A stretch of DNA of 64,000 nt from an uncultured Gemmatimonadaceae bacterium (GTDB lineage Bacteria > Gemmatimonadota > Gemmatimonadetes > Gemmatimonadales > Gemmatimonadaceae), in contig CAVXGK010000002.1 in the NCBI GenBank assembly GCA_963761305.1, forward strand, positions 864,001-928,000. The letters are read 5' to 3'. The notes beneath the pieces were generated by a model that was not told the DNA's origin, ran no database searches, and was given only the letters and a program-made list of their open reading frames with translations. Numbering within the stretch: position 1 is the stretch's first letter; the number at the start of each line of letters is the position of its first letter. The translations under genes and the position numbers were made by a program. Positions 10,770-21,080 of the stretch are shown one piece after another.

Positions 10770-12043
10770 CGACGCCGCCGCCCATCCCGCCCAATTCACC
10801 GACTCCGCCGGAGACTCCGCCGGAGCCGGAATCCGGAGCTCGCGCTCTCGCCGAGCAGCTGTCGCGCGGCGACCGCTCGACGGCCCTCGCGCTCCATGCC
10901 CTGATCACCGCCGCCGACGAAACCGGTCTCGCCAGCGTCGACGCGGTCATCAAGGTGTACCGCGACGACTACCTGGCCGCGCTGCGCGCCGCCGGCCGGG
11001 ACGCCGAGCGTGAAGCGGGACGCCTGAGTCTGGACGAAGTGCGGCAGCACCTGGCGCAGTCGGTGTTTCCGCGCCTCGCCGGAGACGGCATCGTCGTGCC
11101 GCCGCTGGGCGGGTTCCAGCATGCGCCGGAGGTCTGGTTCTCGGAGCGTTCGTGGCGCGACATCGCCGCCGCCCGCGAGCCGCTGGCGAAAGTGCTGCGG
11201 GAAACGGGCGAGCACGCGGGCGTCGCCGACACGCGCGTCGCCACTCCGGTTCGCCCGACCATGGCGGTCGACGGCAGCGTTTTGGAAGCCCACGGGCTCG
11301 TCAAAACGTACCGCCGACGCCGGGTCGTAAACGACGTGGCCCTGCGCTTGCAACAGGGAGAGATTGTTGGACTGCTGGGCCCGAATGGCGCGGGAAAGAC
11401 GACGACGTTCTACATGATCGTCGGCCTCATCGAGCCGCTCTCTGGACGGATCGTGCTGGACGGCAAAGACATCACGTCGATGCCGATGTACAAGCGAGCG
11501 CGGCAAGGGATCGGCTATCTATCGCAGGAGCCGTCGATCTTTCGCAAGCTGTCGGTCGAGGACAACATCCTGGCCATTCTCGAGACGCTCGACCTGCCGT
11601 CGAACGAACGGCGGAGCCGCCTCGAAACGTTGCTCGACGAGCTCAGTATCAAGCACCTGCGCCACAGCAAGGCATTCTCGCTGTCCGGCGGTGAGCGGCG
11701 GCGGCTGGAGATCACGCGGGCCCTCGTCACGCAGCCGAAGTTCATGATGCTGGACGAGCCGTTCGCGGGCGTCGATCCGATTGCCGTACACGACATTCAG
11801 CAGATCGTCGGTAACCTTCGCCACCGGGGCATCGGTGTGCTCATCAGCGATCATAACGTCGAACAAACCCTGGATATCGTGGACCGGGCATACATCATGT
11901 TTGATGGACAAGTGAAGGTGTCCGGCACCGTTCGCGAACTCGTGTTCGACGACACGGTTGCCGACATTTATCTTGGTCCAACGCTCACGGCACGTCTCCG
12001 TTCGCGGTTCGCCGCGGATCGCGACGCGATGCCGGCGGCCTAA
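10766..12043 (+). CDS. lptB: LPS export ABC ATPase LptB with a ~170-aa N-terminal extension
   Basis: GPNGAGKTTTFY, GYLSQEPSIFRKL, LSGGERRRLEI, LDEPFAGVDP, SDHNV, IYLG. Confidence 0.95.
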   Translation: MTTPPPIPPNSPTPPETPPEPESGARALAEQLSRGDRSTALALHALITAADETGLASVDAVIKVYRDDYLAALRAAGRDAEREAGRLSLDEVRQHLAQSVFPRLAGDGIVVPPLGGFQHAPEVWFSERSWRDIAAAREPLAKVLRETGEHAGVADTRVATPVRPTMAVDGSVLEAHGLVKTYRRRRVVNDVALRLQQGEIVGLLGPNGAGKTTTFYMIVGLIEPLSGRIVLDGKDITSMPMYKRARQGIGYLSQEPSIFRKLSVEDNILAILETLDLPSNERRSRLETLLDELSIKHLRHSKAFSLSGGERRRLEITRALVTQPKFMMLDEPFAGVDPIAVHDIQQIVGNLRHRGIGVLISDHNVEQTLDIVDRAYIMFDGQVKVSGTVRELVFDDTVADIYLGPTLTARLRSRFAADRDAMPAA

Positions 12044-12052
12044 CCCCGACTC

Positions 12053-13516
12053 ATGAAAGCCGGACTTTCGCAGAGCACACAGCTCAGGCAGGAGCTCAAG
12101 ATCAACCCTCGCCTGTATCAGGCGATGGACCTGCTGTACATGCCGTTGCTGGACCTGCAGCAGCACCTCAAGCAGGAATTGCTAAACAATCCCTTCCTCG
12201 ACATGGTCGAGCTCGAGGAGGATGAGGAGAGCGAGGAAGAAGAGGCAGCCGAACCCGAGGCGCCGACCGAGCAGAAGGACAGCAGCGACGAGATCGACTG
12301 GGAGGAGATTCTCCTCGACGGCTTCGACACCGGCGGCCGCCGCGAAGAGCACGAAGAGCGCGAGTACTACGAGCCCGTCACGGTCGATACACGCGACCTC
12401 TCGGACCACCTCGCCGACCAGATCACGCTGCTCGACCTGACGCCGCGCCAGCAGCTCCTCGCCGACGAATTCATCGGGAACATCAACGAGGACGGCTATC
12501 TGGCGTGTCCGCTCGACACCCTGCTGCTGACCGTCAACGACACGATCGTCAAGGCCGCCGAAGCGATCGAGCGCGACACCGAGGATCTGCCGCTCTACAC
12601 GCTGCCGGAAGTCGACGACATGCTGCGCACGGTGCAGACGCTCGACCCGCCGGGCGTCGGCGCGCGCGACCTGCGCGAATGCCTCATGCTCCAGCTCCGC
12701 GAGGCCGGGCTCGAGCAGTCGGTGCCGTTCCGCCTCGTGCGCGATTGCTTCGACGAGTTGATCAACCACCGCTGGAGCGAGATTTCCAAGCGGTTCGGCA
12801 TCAGCCCGAGCGACGTCCAGCGCGCCGCCGACGAGATCAAGAAGCTCGACCCCAAGCCCGGGCTCGTCTATTCGAGCGCCAGCGACAACTACATCATCCC
12901 GGACCTCATCGTCGAGAAGATCGACGGGCGCTACCACGTCTTTTTGAACGACGCGAACCTGCCGCGCCTCAAGCTGAGCCGCGCCTACCAGGAGATCGCG
13001 CGCGACAAGAAAAAATTCGAGGGTGAGAACAAGGAGTTCATTTCCAACAAGCTCAACTCGGCCAACTGGATGATCCAGGCGATCGAGCAGCGGCGGCAGA
13101 CGATGCTCAAGGTGATGAACTACATCGTCGACCGGCAGCGCGACTTCTTCGAGAAGGGCGTGCAGTTCCTCAAGCCGCTGACGCTGCGCGAGGTCGCCGA
13201 AGTCATCAGCATGCACGAGTCGACGGTGAGCCGCGTGACGAACGAGAAGTTCGTGCAAACGCCGCGCGGCGTGCTCCCGCTCAAGTTCTTCTTCTCGTCC
13301 GGTCTGTCGACGACCGCCGGCGAGGACGTATCGGCCCGCGGCATCAAGGCGCAGATCGAAAAGCTCGTCGGGGAGGAGGATCCCAAGCATCCGCTCACCG
13401 ACCAGGCCATCGTGAACATCCTCAAGGAGGGCGGCGTCCAGATCGCGCGCCGCACGGTGGCGAAGTACCGCGATCAACTCGGAGTGTTGTCCGCTCGAAT
13501 GCGCAAGCGGGTATGA
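12053..13516 (+). CDS. rpoN: RNA polymerase sigma-54 factor
   Basis: Q/L-rich region I, DPPGVGARDLRECL, MHESTVSR, RpoN box ARRTVAKYR. Confidence 0.98.
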   Translation: MKAGLSQSTQLRQELKINPRLYQAMDLLYMPLLDLQQHLKQELLNNPFLDMVELEEDEESEEEEAAEPEAPTEQKDSSDEIDWEEILLDGFDTGGRREEHEEREYYEPVTVDTRDLSDHLADQITLLDLTPRQQLLADEFIGNINEDGYLACPLDTLLLTVNDTIVKAAEAIERDTEDLPLYTLPEVDDMLRTVQTLDPPGVGARDLRECLMLQLREAGLEQSVPFRLVRDCFDELINHRWSEISKRFGISPSDVQRAADEIKKLDPKPGLVYSSASDNYIIPDLIVEKIDGRYHVFLNDANLPRLKLSRAYQEIARDKKKFEGENKEFISNKLNSANWMIQAIEQRRQTMLKVMNYIVDRQRDFFEKGVQFLKPLTLREVAEVISMHESTVSRVTNEKFVQTPRGVLPLKFFFSSGLSTTAGEDVSARGIKAQIEKLVGEEDPKHPLTDQAIVNILKEGGVQIARRTVAKYRDQLGVLSARMRKRV

Positions 13517-14517
13517 CCTCCACGATCGGGGCGCCGATGAACCCGTCCGCGGGCAGCAGCCTCGTTTCGCCACGACGACGTCGCGACACGGTCGACGTCT
13601 CCGTGCTCGTCCCGGCGAAGGACGAAGCCGAAAATCTGCCGCTGTTCATGGCGCAGGCCGCCGAGGCGTTCGCCGCGTCGCCGCACACCTACGAGGTCAT
13701 CGTCATCGACGACGGCAGCGTAGATCGTACGTGGGCCGTGCTGCAGGATCTCGCCAAACGCTATCCGTTCCTGCGCTCCGTGCGTCACCGTTCGCGCCGT
13801 GGGATCGCCGACGCACTGCGCACCGGCTACCTCACCGCGCACGCCGACGTGCTCGTTTTCTATCCGGCCGATTTGCAGTTCAAGCCCGAGGACATTCCGC
13901 GACTCGTCGCCCCGATCCTCGCCGGCGACGCCGACATGGTGACGGGGTTCAAGGAAGGGAAGTACGACAAGGCGTTCGTCTCCGGCGTCTATAATTGGCT
14001 GAGCCGGTCGCTCTTCCACGTTCCGGTGAAGGACCTGAATTCGGTGAAGGCCTACCGGCGCGAGGTCATGGACAGCATTCCGACCCGCCCCGACTGGCAC
14101 CGCTACATGGTGGTGATGGCGGCCGCGCAGGGATTCACGGTGACCGAGATCCCGGTGCCGCTCTATCCGCGCCACGCCGGAAAGTCGAAGTTCGCCACGT
14201 GGCACCGGATTCCGGTGGGCGTGCTCGACATGCTGTCGGTGTGGTTCGAGCTGCGCTTCAGCCAGAAGCCGCTGCTGCTGTTCGGAATGCTCGGCGCGGC
14301 GCTGTTCGCGGCGAGCACGCTGTTCGGCATCATCGCGCTCGTCTTCGTTCGTTCGCTCGCCGTGCGCCCGTTGTGGACGGTGGTTCAGACGTGTCTCATC
14401 CTCGGCAGCATCTTCTTCGCCACCGGATTGATCGGCGAACAGATCGCGGGCCAACGCGCCCAGCTCCGGGAGATTCGCCGGCAGCTCGACGAATTGGCCG
14501 ACGGCGGACAGGAGTGA
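13513..14517 (+). CDS. family 2 glycosyltransferase (GtrB/ArnC-like polyprenol-phosphate glycosyltransferase, two C-terminal TM helices)
   Basis: SVLVPAKDE, IDDGSVD, ADLQ, HRY, R..GKSK, hydrophobic C-terminus. Confidence 0.88.
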   Translation: MTSTIGAPMNPSAGSSLVSPRRRRDTVDVSVLVPAKDEAENLPLFMAQAAEAFAASPHTYEVIVIDDGSVDRTWAVLQDLAKRYPFLRSVRHRSRRGIADALRTGYLTAHADVLVFYPADLQFKPEDIPRLVAPILAGDADMVTGFKEGKYDKAFVSGVYNWLSRSLFHVPVKDLNSVKAYRREVMDSIPTRPDWHRYMVVMAAAQGFTVTEIPVPLYPRHAGKSKFATWHRIPVGVLDMLSVWFELRFSQKPLLLFGMLGAALFAASTLFGIIALVFVRSLAVRPLWTVVQTCLILGSIFFATGLIGEQIAGQRAQLREIRRQLDELADGGQE

Positions 14518-14530
14518 ACGACTCGAAGAC

Positions 14531-15700
14531 ATGAGAGTTCTCTTTCTCACGCACTCATTCCCGCGGCAACACGGCGACACGCCGGGATCGTTCGTGCTCC
14601 TGCTGGCGACCGCACTGCGCGCCGAGGGGTTCGACACGCGCGTCGTCGCGCCGGCGGCCCCCGGCTATCCGGATCACGCCACGCTCGACGACGTGCCGGT
14701 GGATCGGTTCCACTACGCGCCGCGACGCTACGAGACGCTCGCCTACACGGGCACGATGGCGTCGCAGGTCCAGGCGTCGTGGAGCGCGCGCTTATCACTG
14801 CTCGGATTTCTCGGTGCCGAGTTTCGGTCGGCGGTGCGGGCGCGCCGCGAGTTCAAGCCTGACGTCGTGCACGCGCACTGGTGGTTCCCGAACGGACTGG
14901 TCGGAACGTGGCTCGGCCGGCTCGCCAACAAGCCGCTCGTCACGACGCTCCACGGCAGCGACGTGCGACTCGCTCGCGCCGTGGCATTCTCGCGCCCCGC
15001 GTTCCGTCACGTGCTCCACCGCTCGGCCGTCGTTACGGCCGTGTCGCGATGGCTCGCGTCGGAAGTGCAGCAAGTCGTGTCCGCGCCGGTGCCGGTCGTC
15101 GCCCCGATGCCGGTGGCGACGGATCTCTTCTCGCCGGACGGCGTCACGCGCGGCGATCGGCTGCTGTTCGTGGGACGGCTCAATCGCCAGAAGGGGATCG
15201 AGCTCCTGCTGCACGCCATGGCCAAGCTTCCCGACGGCTCGCCCGGACTGGACGTCGTGGGCGACGGCGAAGACCGCGAGCAGCTTCGGCAGCTCGCGAC
15301 CGGCCTCGGCCTCGACGACCGTGTGACCTGGCACGGCGCGCTTCCGCAGAATCGGCTGCCCGCGTTTTATCGGCGGGCGATCGCGCTCGTGGTTCCGTCG
15401 GTGGAGGAGGGACTCGGTCTCGTCGCCGTCGAGGCGCAGCTCTGCGCTACGCCGGTCATCGCGTTCGCCTCCGGCGGTCTCACCGACGTCGTGCAGGATG
15501 ACCGCACCGGAATCCTCGTTGCCGACGTCGATGCCGGCGCGCTCGCGGCGGCAATCGAAGCTTTGCTCACGCGTTACGATCGCGGCGCTGCGCTCGGCGC
15601 CGCCGGACGTCTGCACGCCCTCGCCACCTTCGCCCCCGAGTCGGTTGCCCGACGCTACGCCGACGTCTACAAGTCCGCCATCGCCGCCTCGCCGAAATAG
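14531..15700 (+). CDS. family 4 glycosyltransferase (GT-B fold)
   Basis: DVVHAHW, HGSD, FVGRL..QKG, EGLGLVAVEA (EX7E). Confidence 0.92.
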   Translation: MRVLFLTHSFPRQHGDTPGSFVLLLATALRAEGFDTRVVAPAAPGYPDHATLDDVPVDRFHYAPRRYETLAYTGTMASQVQASWSARLSLLGFLGAEFRSAVRARREFKPDVVHAHWWFPNGLVGTWLGRLANKPLVTTLHGSDVRLARAVAFSRPAFRHVLHRSAVVTAVSRWLASEVQQVVSAPVPVVAPMPVATDLFSPDGVTRGDRLLFVGRLNRQKGIELLLHAMAKLPDGSPGLDVVGDGEDREQLRQLATGLGLDDRVTWHGALPQNRLPAFYRRAIALVVPSVEEGLGLVAVEAQLCATPVIAFASGGLTDVVQDDRTGILVADVDAGALAAAIEALLTRYDRGAALGAAGRLHALATFAPESVARRYADVYKSAIAASPK

Positions 15701-16631
15701 GCGCTGGCTGGCAGTGCAGGTGGTGGCGACGGTCGTCGTCGCCTGGTTCGTCGTCAGAGCCCTCGTCGGCCAGTGGCACGCCGTGGAGAGGCAGCCGCTC
15801 GAGATCAATCCGAACTGGACACTGATCGCCGCGTCGGGCGTGGTGGTCCTCGCGACCTACGCGGTGCTGATCGAAGCGTGGCGGCGGATTCTCGTCGCGT
15901 GGAAGGCAAAACTGGCCTTCTGGCCGGCGGCGCGGATCATGAGCATTTCCAGATTGGGCCTCTACGTTCCCGGCCGGATCTGGCAGATCACGGTCATGGC
16001 GAAAATGGCGCAGAACGCGAAGGTGAGTCCGGTCGCCGCCGCCGGGTCGTCGGTGCTGAACACGGTCGTGAACATCGCGATGGGATTCCTCGTCGCGCTC
16101 GTGGCGGGATGGCGCTCCTTCGACCGATTGTCACACGGCAGAACCGGCGTAGGCGTGGCGCTGGTGGTCCTCGCCCTGGCGGGCATCCTGCTGTTGCCGT
16201 TCGCGCTTCCGATCATGATGAGGTTGGCGCGGCGAATCACGGGGCGGGATCTGGCGGACGTGACCCTTCCGCATCGTGCGGTGTATGTGGCGATCGTCGC
16301 AAACATCATCGCGTGGCTGATGTACGGCGCCGCGTTCCAGTTGTTCGTCCGCGGCATGACGGGCAGCGCGCAGGGGTCGTACGCCGACTACGTGACTGCT
16401 TTCGCCTGGCCGTACCTCGTGGGTTATCTTGCGGTCGTCTTTCCGGGCGGGCTGGGCGTTCGCGAAGTGGCGTTGGCCGTCGCGCTCGATGCGTTGCACT
16501 TGGCCGCTCCGCCGACGGCGGCCGTCATTGCCGTCAGCTCGCGTCTGTGGCTGTCGGTGCTGGAGCTGGTGCCCGGTCTTCTGTTCTGGATAGGCGTTCG
16601 GCGATCACGTTCTCGAGCCCCAACGACCTGA
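15645..16631 (+). CDS. UPF0104 / lysylphosphatidylglycerol-synthase-TM-like putative flippase
   Basis: about 8 TM helices, YVPGRIW and PGGLGVRE motifs; start uncertain (TTG at 15645 chosen; frame is open from 15498). Confidence 0.8.
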   Translation: MPDATPTSTSPPSPPRRNRRWLAVQVVATVVVAWFVVRALVGQWHAVERQPLEINPNWTLIAASGVVVLATYAVLIEAWRRILVAWKAKLAFWPAARIMSISRLGLYVPGRIWQITVMAKMAQNAKVSPVAAAGSSVLNTVVNIAMGFLVALVAGWRSFDRLSHGRTGVGVALVVLALAGILLLPFALPIMMRLARRITGRDLADVTLPHRAVYVAIVANIIAWLMYGAAFQLFVRGMTGSAQGSYADYVTAFAWPYLVGYLAVVFPGGLGVREVALAVALDALHLAAPPTAAVIAVSSRLWLSVLELVPGLLFWIGVRRSRSRAPTT

Positions 16632-19121
16632 ATGGCACAACCCGCAGCGCAAGCCACCACGCCGCAACCTCGTGCGCGCCGCACGGCGACTTCAGGCGCC
16701 GCGCTGCCGACGCCGCGTTTCGCCACGGCCTGGGCGACGCTCGTGTACGTCGTTGCCGCGATGCTGCTGGCCTATCCCGCGCTCGCCGGACAGTTCCTGA
16801 TCAACCCGCGGAGCGACCAGTACAAGGCCGGCTACGCGTTCCGAGAATTCGCGGCGAGCTGGCTCCGCGCCGGGCATGGATTTCCGCAGTGGAATCCGTA
16901 TTTCCTCGGCGGACTGCCGTACGTCGCCGCGATGCACGGCGACATTTTTTACCCGACGTTCCTGCTGCGCATGGTGATGCCCACGGACCGCGCGATGACC
17001 TGGGAGTTCGTGATTCACATCGTGCTCGCCGGACTCTTTACATACGAGTTCTTGCGTGCCTGGGGCGTCTCGTTCTACCCGGCCTTGATCGGCGGACTGG
17101 CGTACATGCTGAGCGGGCCGATCGCGGCGTACGCGGCGCCCGGGCACGACGGCAAGTTGTTCGTGAGCGCGCTCATGCCTCTGGGGCTCCTCCTCGTCAC
17201 GCGGGGCGTCCGCGACGGAAAGCACTGGGCATGGGGAGCGCTCGCGTGCACGGTCGGGTTGGCGGTGTTGAGCCCGCATCCGCAGTTGCTCCAGTACTTC
17301 CTGCTCACCTGCGGGGCGTTCGCGCTTTACCTCGCCTTCGCCGATCCTGGCTCGGGAAAGCTGGACCGCGAGACGGCGATTCGCCGGCTCGCGTTCGCGG
17401 GCGGCGCAGTGATGCTCGGATTGCTCATCGGCGCGGTGCAGTTCCTTCCCGTGCGCGAGTATGTCCCGTGGTCGCCACGCGGCGGCGGACGTGGTTACGA
17501 GTTCGCGACCTCGTTCTCGATGCCGATCGAGGAGTTGATCAACACAATCGTGCCGCAGTTCAGCGGCATTCTCGATCTGTACTGGGGGCGGAACGGCATC
17601 CACTTCCATAGCGAGTACGCCGGCGCCGCGGTGATTCTGCTCGCGACCGCCGCGATCGGGGCGGGGACCCGCGTCTCGTTCCGCCGTTTCTGGGGCGGAA
17701 CGCTCATCGTCTCCATCCTCTGGGCGCTGGGCGGCTTTACGCCGTTCTATCGTCTCATCTACGCCGTCGTGCCGGGGACTCACTACTTCCGCGCGCCAAG
17801 CACGATGATGTACGTCGGCATGTTCGCGGTGGCCGTGTTCGCCGGACTCGGCGCCGAGCGAATTCTGTCGCGCCTGAGCAGCACGCGTTTCGCCATCGGT
17901 TGGATGATCGCCGCGGTCGTGCTGGGGGTGCTCGGCGCCACCGGTGGGCTGACGTCGCTCGCGCACGTCGTCAGCTCCACGTTCCCGGAACAGATGCAGC
18001 GGGATCAGGTGATCGACGCCAATGCTGCGTCGTTGGCATTCGGATCGTTGCGCTCGGCGCTGGCGCTGTTGGTCGTCGCGGGCGTGTGCTGGGCCGTCGC
18101 GACCGATCGCATTGGCGTTCGACCGGCGGCGATCGCGCTTCTCGGCGTAGTCGCGCTCGATCTCTGGTCGATCGAGCACTTGTACTGGCAGTTCGACGCA
18201 CCGGCGTCGGTGCTGTTCGCCCCGGACGCGGCGATCGACAGTGTGCGGGCAGCGAAGCAACCGGGGCGAGTCGTAGCCCTCGACTTTCTTGGAACCGGTG
18301 ACCGAGTGGGGGATCCCGCGTTCGTCGGCGACGGCCTCATGGTGCACGACGTGCGCACGCTCATCGGCTATCACGGCAACGAACTGAATCGATTCGAGAA
18401 GTTGATGGGTAAGCTCGAACCCGACGCCGGCTATCCGGGCGAGGCCCAGATCAATCCGGCGATCTGGCGGCAGGAGAACGCGCAGTACCTCTACACGACG
18501 CTGCCCGATTCGTTGATCTCGGCGGCGGCGACTCAGTTTCATTGGCCCGCTCCGCCGACCAAGATCGTTGGGCCGGTTCGTGACGCCGCGGGCACGACGG
18601 TCTATCTCTATCGGCTTCCGGGCGACAACCCTGCCTCGTGGGTCGCGACGGCCCGACTCAAGGCGACGGACGACCAGGCGCTCGCCACGGTGAGCAATCC
18701 GAGTTTCGATCAAACGCGCGCCGCCCTCGTCGATCCGACCGTCGATTCGTCGGGGATCTCTCCGAGCGAAGCCCCGCCCTCGGCCCCTCAGAAAGCGGCG
18801 ACCCCGCGGTTCGAACCCGGTGCCATCGACGTCCAGCTCGACACCCCGGCGACGGCCGGACAGGCGCTGGTGGTATCAGAGAACTACTATCCCGGCTGGC
18901 ACGCCACCGTGGACGGAAAACCGGCGGCGGCCGAGCGGATGAACTACAACCTGATCGGCGTTCCACTTCCGGCGGGCGCCCGCGGCATCCAGCTCCGGTT
19001 TACGGATACCGCCTACGAAAGGGGGAAGGCGGTCACGATTGTGGCACTTCTGGCGGCGTTGATCGTCTGGATTGGAGGTGGGGTTGTCGACCGTCGGTCG
19101 ACGGCACCCACCAAAGGCTGA
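16632..19121 (+). CDS. YfhO-family polytopic membrane GT-C glycosyltransferase
   Basis: first loop SDQ..PQWNPY..GGLP..FYP, many TM helices, C-terminal LVVSENYYPGW.A.VDG..G..LPAG followed by a last TM helix. Confidence 0.85.
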   Translation: MAQPAAQATTPQPRARRTATSGAALPTPRFATAWATLVYVVAAMLLAYPALAGQFLINPRSDQYKAGYAFREFAASWLRAGHGFPQWNPYFLGGLPYVAAMHGDIFYPTFLLRMVMPTDRAMTWEFVIHIVLAGLFTYEFLRAWGVSFYPALIGGLAYMLSGPIAAYAAPGHDGKLFVSALMPLGLLLVTRGVRDGKHWAWGALACTVGLAVLSPHPQLLQYFLLTCGAFALYLAFADPGSGKLDRETAIRRLAFAGGAVMLGLLIGAVQFLPVREYVPWSPRGGGRGYEFATSFSMPIEELINTIVPQFSGILDLYWGRNGIHFHSEYAGAAVILLATAAIGAGTRVSFRRFWGGTLIVSILWALGGFTPFYRLIYAVVPGTHYFRAPSTMMYVGMFAVAVFAGLGAERILSRLSSTRFAIGWMIAAVVLGVLGATGGLTSLAHVVSSTFPEQMQRDQVIDANAASLAFGSLRSALALLVVAGVCWAVATDRIGVRPAAIALLGVVALDLWSIEHLYWQFDAPASVLFAPDAAIDSVRAAKQPGRVVALDFLGTGDRVGDPAFVGDGLMVHDVRTLIGYHGNELNRFEKLMGKLEPDAGYPGEAQINPAIWRQENAQYLYTTLPDSLISAAATQFHWPAPPTKIVGPVRDAAGTTVYLYRLPGDNPASWVATARLKATDDQALATVSNPSFDQTRAALVDPTVDSSGISPSEAPPSAPQKAATPRFEPGAIDVQLDTPATAGQALVVSENYYPGWHATVDGKPAAAERMNYNLIGVPLPAGARGIQLRFTDTAYERGKAVTIVALLAALIVWIGGGVVDRRSTAPTKG

Positions 19122-19222
19122 CACACAGCTAGTTTGTCGCCTGGCCTCGGTCCAACACCCGTCGACGAAGCCGTTGACGGGTAGCGTGGGTGGATCGAGA
19201 TCCAATCCAACAGGACCCTTCG

Positions 19223-21076
19223 ATGGCGTCACCCGCCGACCGATCACCCAACGTGCCGAATCGTTTCCTATTGCCGGCGATCGCGGCGCTTGCATTCGCG
19301 GGCGCTTGCGGATCATCCACCGAACCAAGAGTCGACGTCACCCCAGCGACGATCACCGGAACCCCGACCGACACGATCAGGGCGACCGTGGGATCGACCG
19401 TTGTGACGCCGCTCACCGTCATCGTCAAGAACCAGGCGGGAAGGTCCATCGACAGCGCCATCGTCACCTTCGCGGTGACTTCCGGGGGCGGCTCGGTGAG
19501 CTCCACCAGCGTGCACACAGACACCGCCGGCCGGGCGACGACGACGTGGACTCTCGGTCCCACGGCAGGCGTCCAATCAGCTACCGCGACGGCGACGGGA
19601 CTTACGTCGGTGAACTTCGTCGCGATTGCCGCTGCCGGCGCTCCGGCGACGGCGACCAAGTCCGCCGGAGACGCGCAATCGGCGGTCGCAGGAGCGACGG
19701 TCCCGATCGCGCCATCCGTCAAAGTGGTCGACGCGTTCGGCAATCCGTTGCAGAACGTGCTCGTGACCTTCGCGGTGGCGAGCGGCAACGGAGCGATCAC
19801 CGGCGCCTTGGCGAACACGAACGCGTCCGGTATCGCGACGGTCGGCTCGTGGCAGCTCGGCCCGTCGATCGGCGCCAACACGCTGAGCGCGACGGTCGCG
19901 TCGCTCCCGGCGCTCGTCTTCTCGGCGACAGGCACAGTGGGCACGGCGTCGCAGGTTCGCATCACGAACACCGCGCCGACGCTCGCCGCGGGCCGGACGT
20001 TCAAGCTCACCGCGCAGGCGCTCGACGCGAACAACAACGTCATTCCCACCGCGACGATCACGTGGTCGAGCAGCAGCGCCTCGATCGCCACGGTCGACAC
20101 GGGCGGCACGGTGAAGGGTGTGGGCGCAGGCAACGTGACGATCACCGCCGCCTCGGGAACGGGCAGCGCGACGCAGGCCGTCAGCGTGATCGGGCATCCG
20201 GTCGGCACGATCCTCGGTGCCGCGCAGCTGAGCGGGTTCATCACCAGTATCGCGGTCAACCAGAAAACGGCCTACGCGGGCATCTTCTCCGGCACCGTCG
20301 CCCCGGTCGACCTCGCGACCGCGACGGCATCGACGACGACCGGCTCTGCAGGCGGCGTGATCACGGACATCGGCGTCGGTGGAAGCGTCGTCTCCGCCGT
20401 GACCAGCAGTCCGACGCCGCAAGCCGTGGTGTTGAACGCCGCCGCGCTGTCGGTCACGCAGACGGTGAACCTCGGGGTGACGCCGTTCAAGCAGGCGATC
20501 ACCTCCGACGGCAAGACCCTGTTCGTCGATCGCACGGACTTCAGTCTGATCTCGATCGATGTCGCGTCGGGTACGATCACCTCGACGATCTTGCTCGGCG
20601 GCACCGCCAACGCGATGAAGATCGCGGCAGGGGACACCCTGTTGTACATCGGCACGGCGCTGGGCAGCGTGTTCGAGGTGGACACGCGTACGAACACGAT
20701 CAAGCGTCAGCTCACCCCGTCGGCCACGGTGTCCGACCTCGCGGTGTCGCGCGATGGGAAAACGCTCTACACGATCGACGGTACGGCCAACGTCACGATG
20801 ACGCCCCTGGCCGCCGGAGGCTTGAGCGGAACCGTCACGTTCTTGCTGCCGCTCTCGGGCGTCGCGATCTCGCCGGACAACCAGGCGCTCTGGGGGTCGA
20901 TGAGCGGCGCGTTGTTCAACGCACCGTTCCAGGACGGCCAGTTCCAGACGAATCTCGTCCCGAGCTTCATCCCGATCCCCAACGGTGGTTCGCCGACGCG
21001 GGTCGAGTTCAGTCCGCTGGGCGATTTCCTCGTCGCGCTCGATGCCGCCACGAACAAGATTTATGTGCTAAAATAG
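19223..21076 (+). CDS. Thr/Ser-rich lipoprotein with bacterial Ig-like domains and a C-terminal YVTN-type beta-propeller
   Basis: lipobox AGAC; two invasin-like Ig units (VTFAV.SG.G, T...G.AT...W.LGP..G), a Big_2-like WSSSSASIATVD..G unit, propeller repeats (SDGKTLFV, RDGKTLY, SPDNQ); start uncertain. Confidence 0.8.
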   Translation: MASPADRSPNVPNRFLLPAIAALAFAGACGSSTEPRVDVTPATITGTPTDTIRATVGSTVVTPLTVIVKNQAGRSIDSAIVTFAVTSGGGSVSSTSVHTDTAGRATTTWTLGPTAGVQSATATATGLTSVNFVAIAAAGAPATATKSAGDAQSAVAGATVPIAPSVKVVDAFGNPLQNVLVTFAVASGNGAITGALANTNASGIATVGSWQLGPSIGANTLSATVASLPALVFSATGTVGTASQVRITNTAPTLAAGRTFKLTAQALDANNNVIPTATITWSSSSASIATVDTGGTVKGVGAGNVTITAASGTGSATQAVSVIGHPVGTILGAAQLSGFITSIAVNQKTAYAGIFSGTVAPVDLATATASTTTGSAGGVITDIGVGGSVVSAVTSSPTPQAVVLNAAALSVTQTVNLGVTPFKQAITSDGKTLFVDRTDFSLISIDVASGTITSTILLGGTANAMKIAAGDTLLYIGTALGSVFEVDTRTNTIKRQLTPSATVSDLAVSRDGKTLYTIDGTANVTMTPLAAGGLSGTVTFLLPLSGVAISPDNQALWGSMSGALFNAPFQDGQFQTNLVPSFIPIPNGGSPTRVEFSPLGDFLVALDAATNKIYVLK

Positions 21077-21080
21077 GAGC

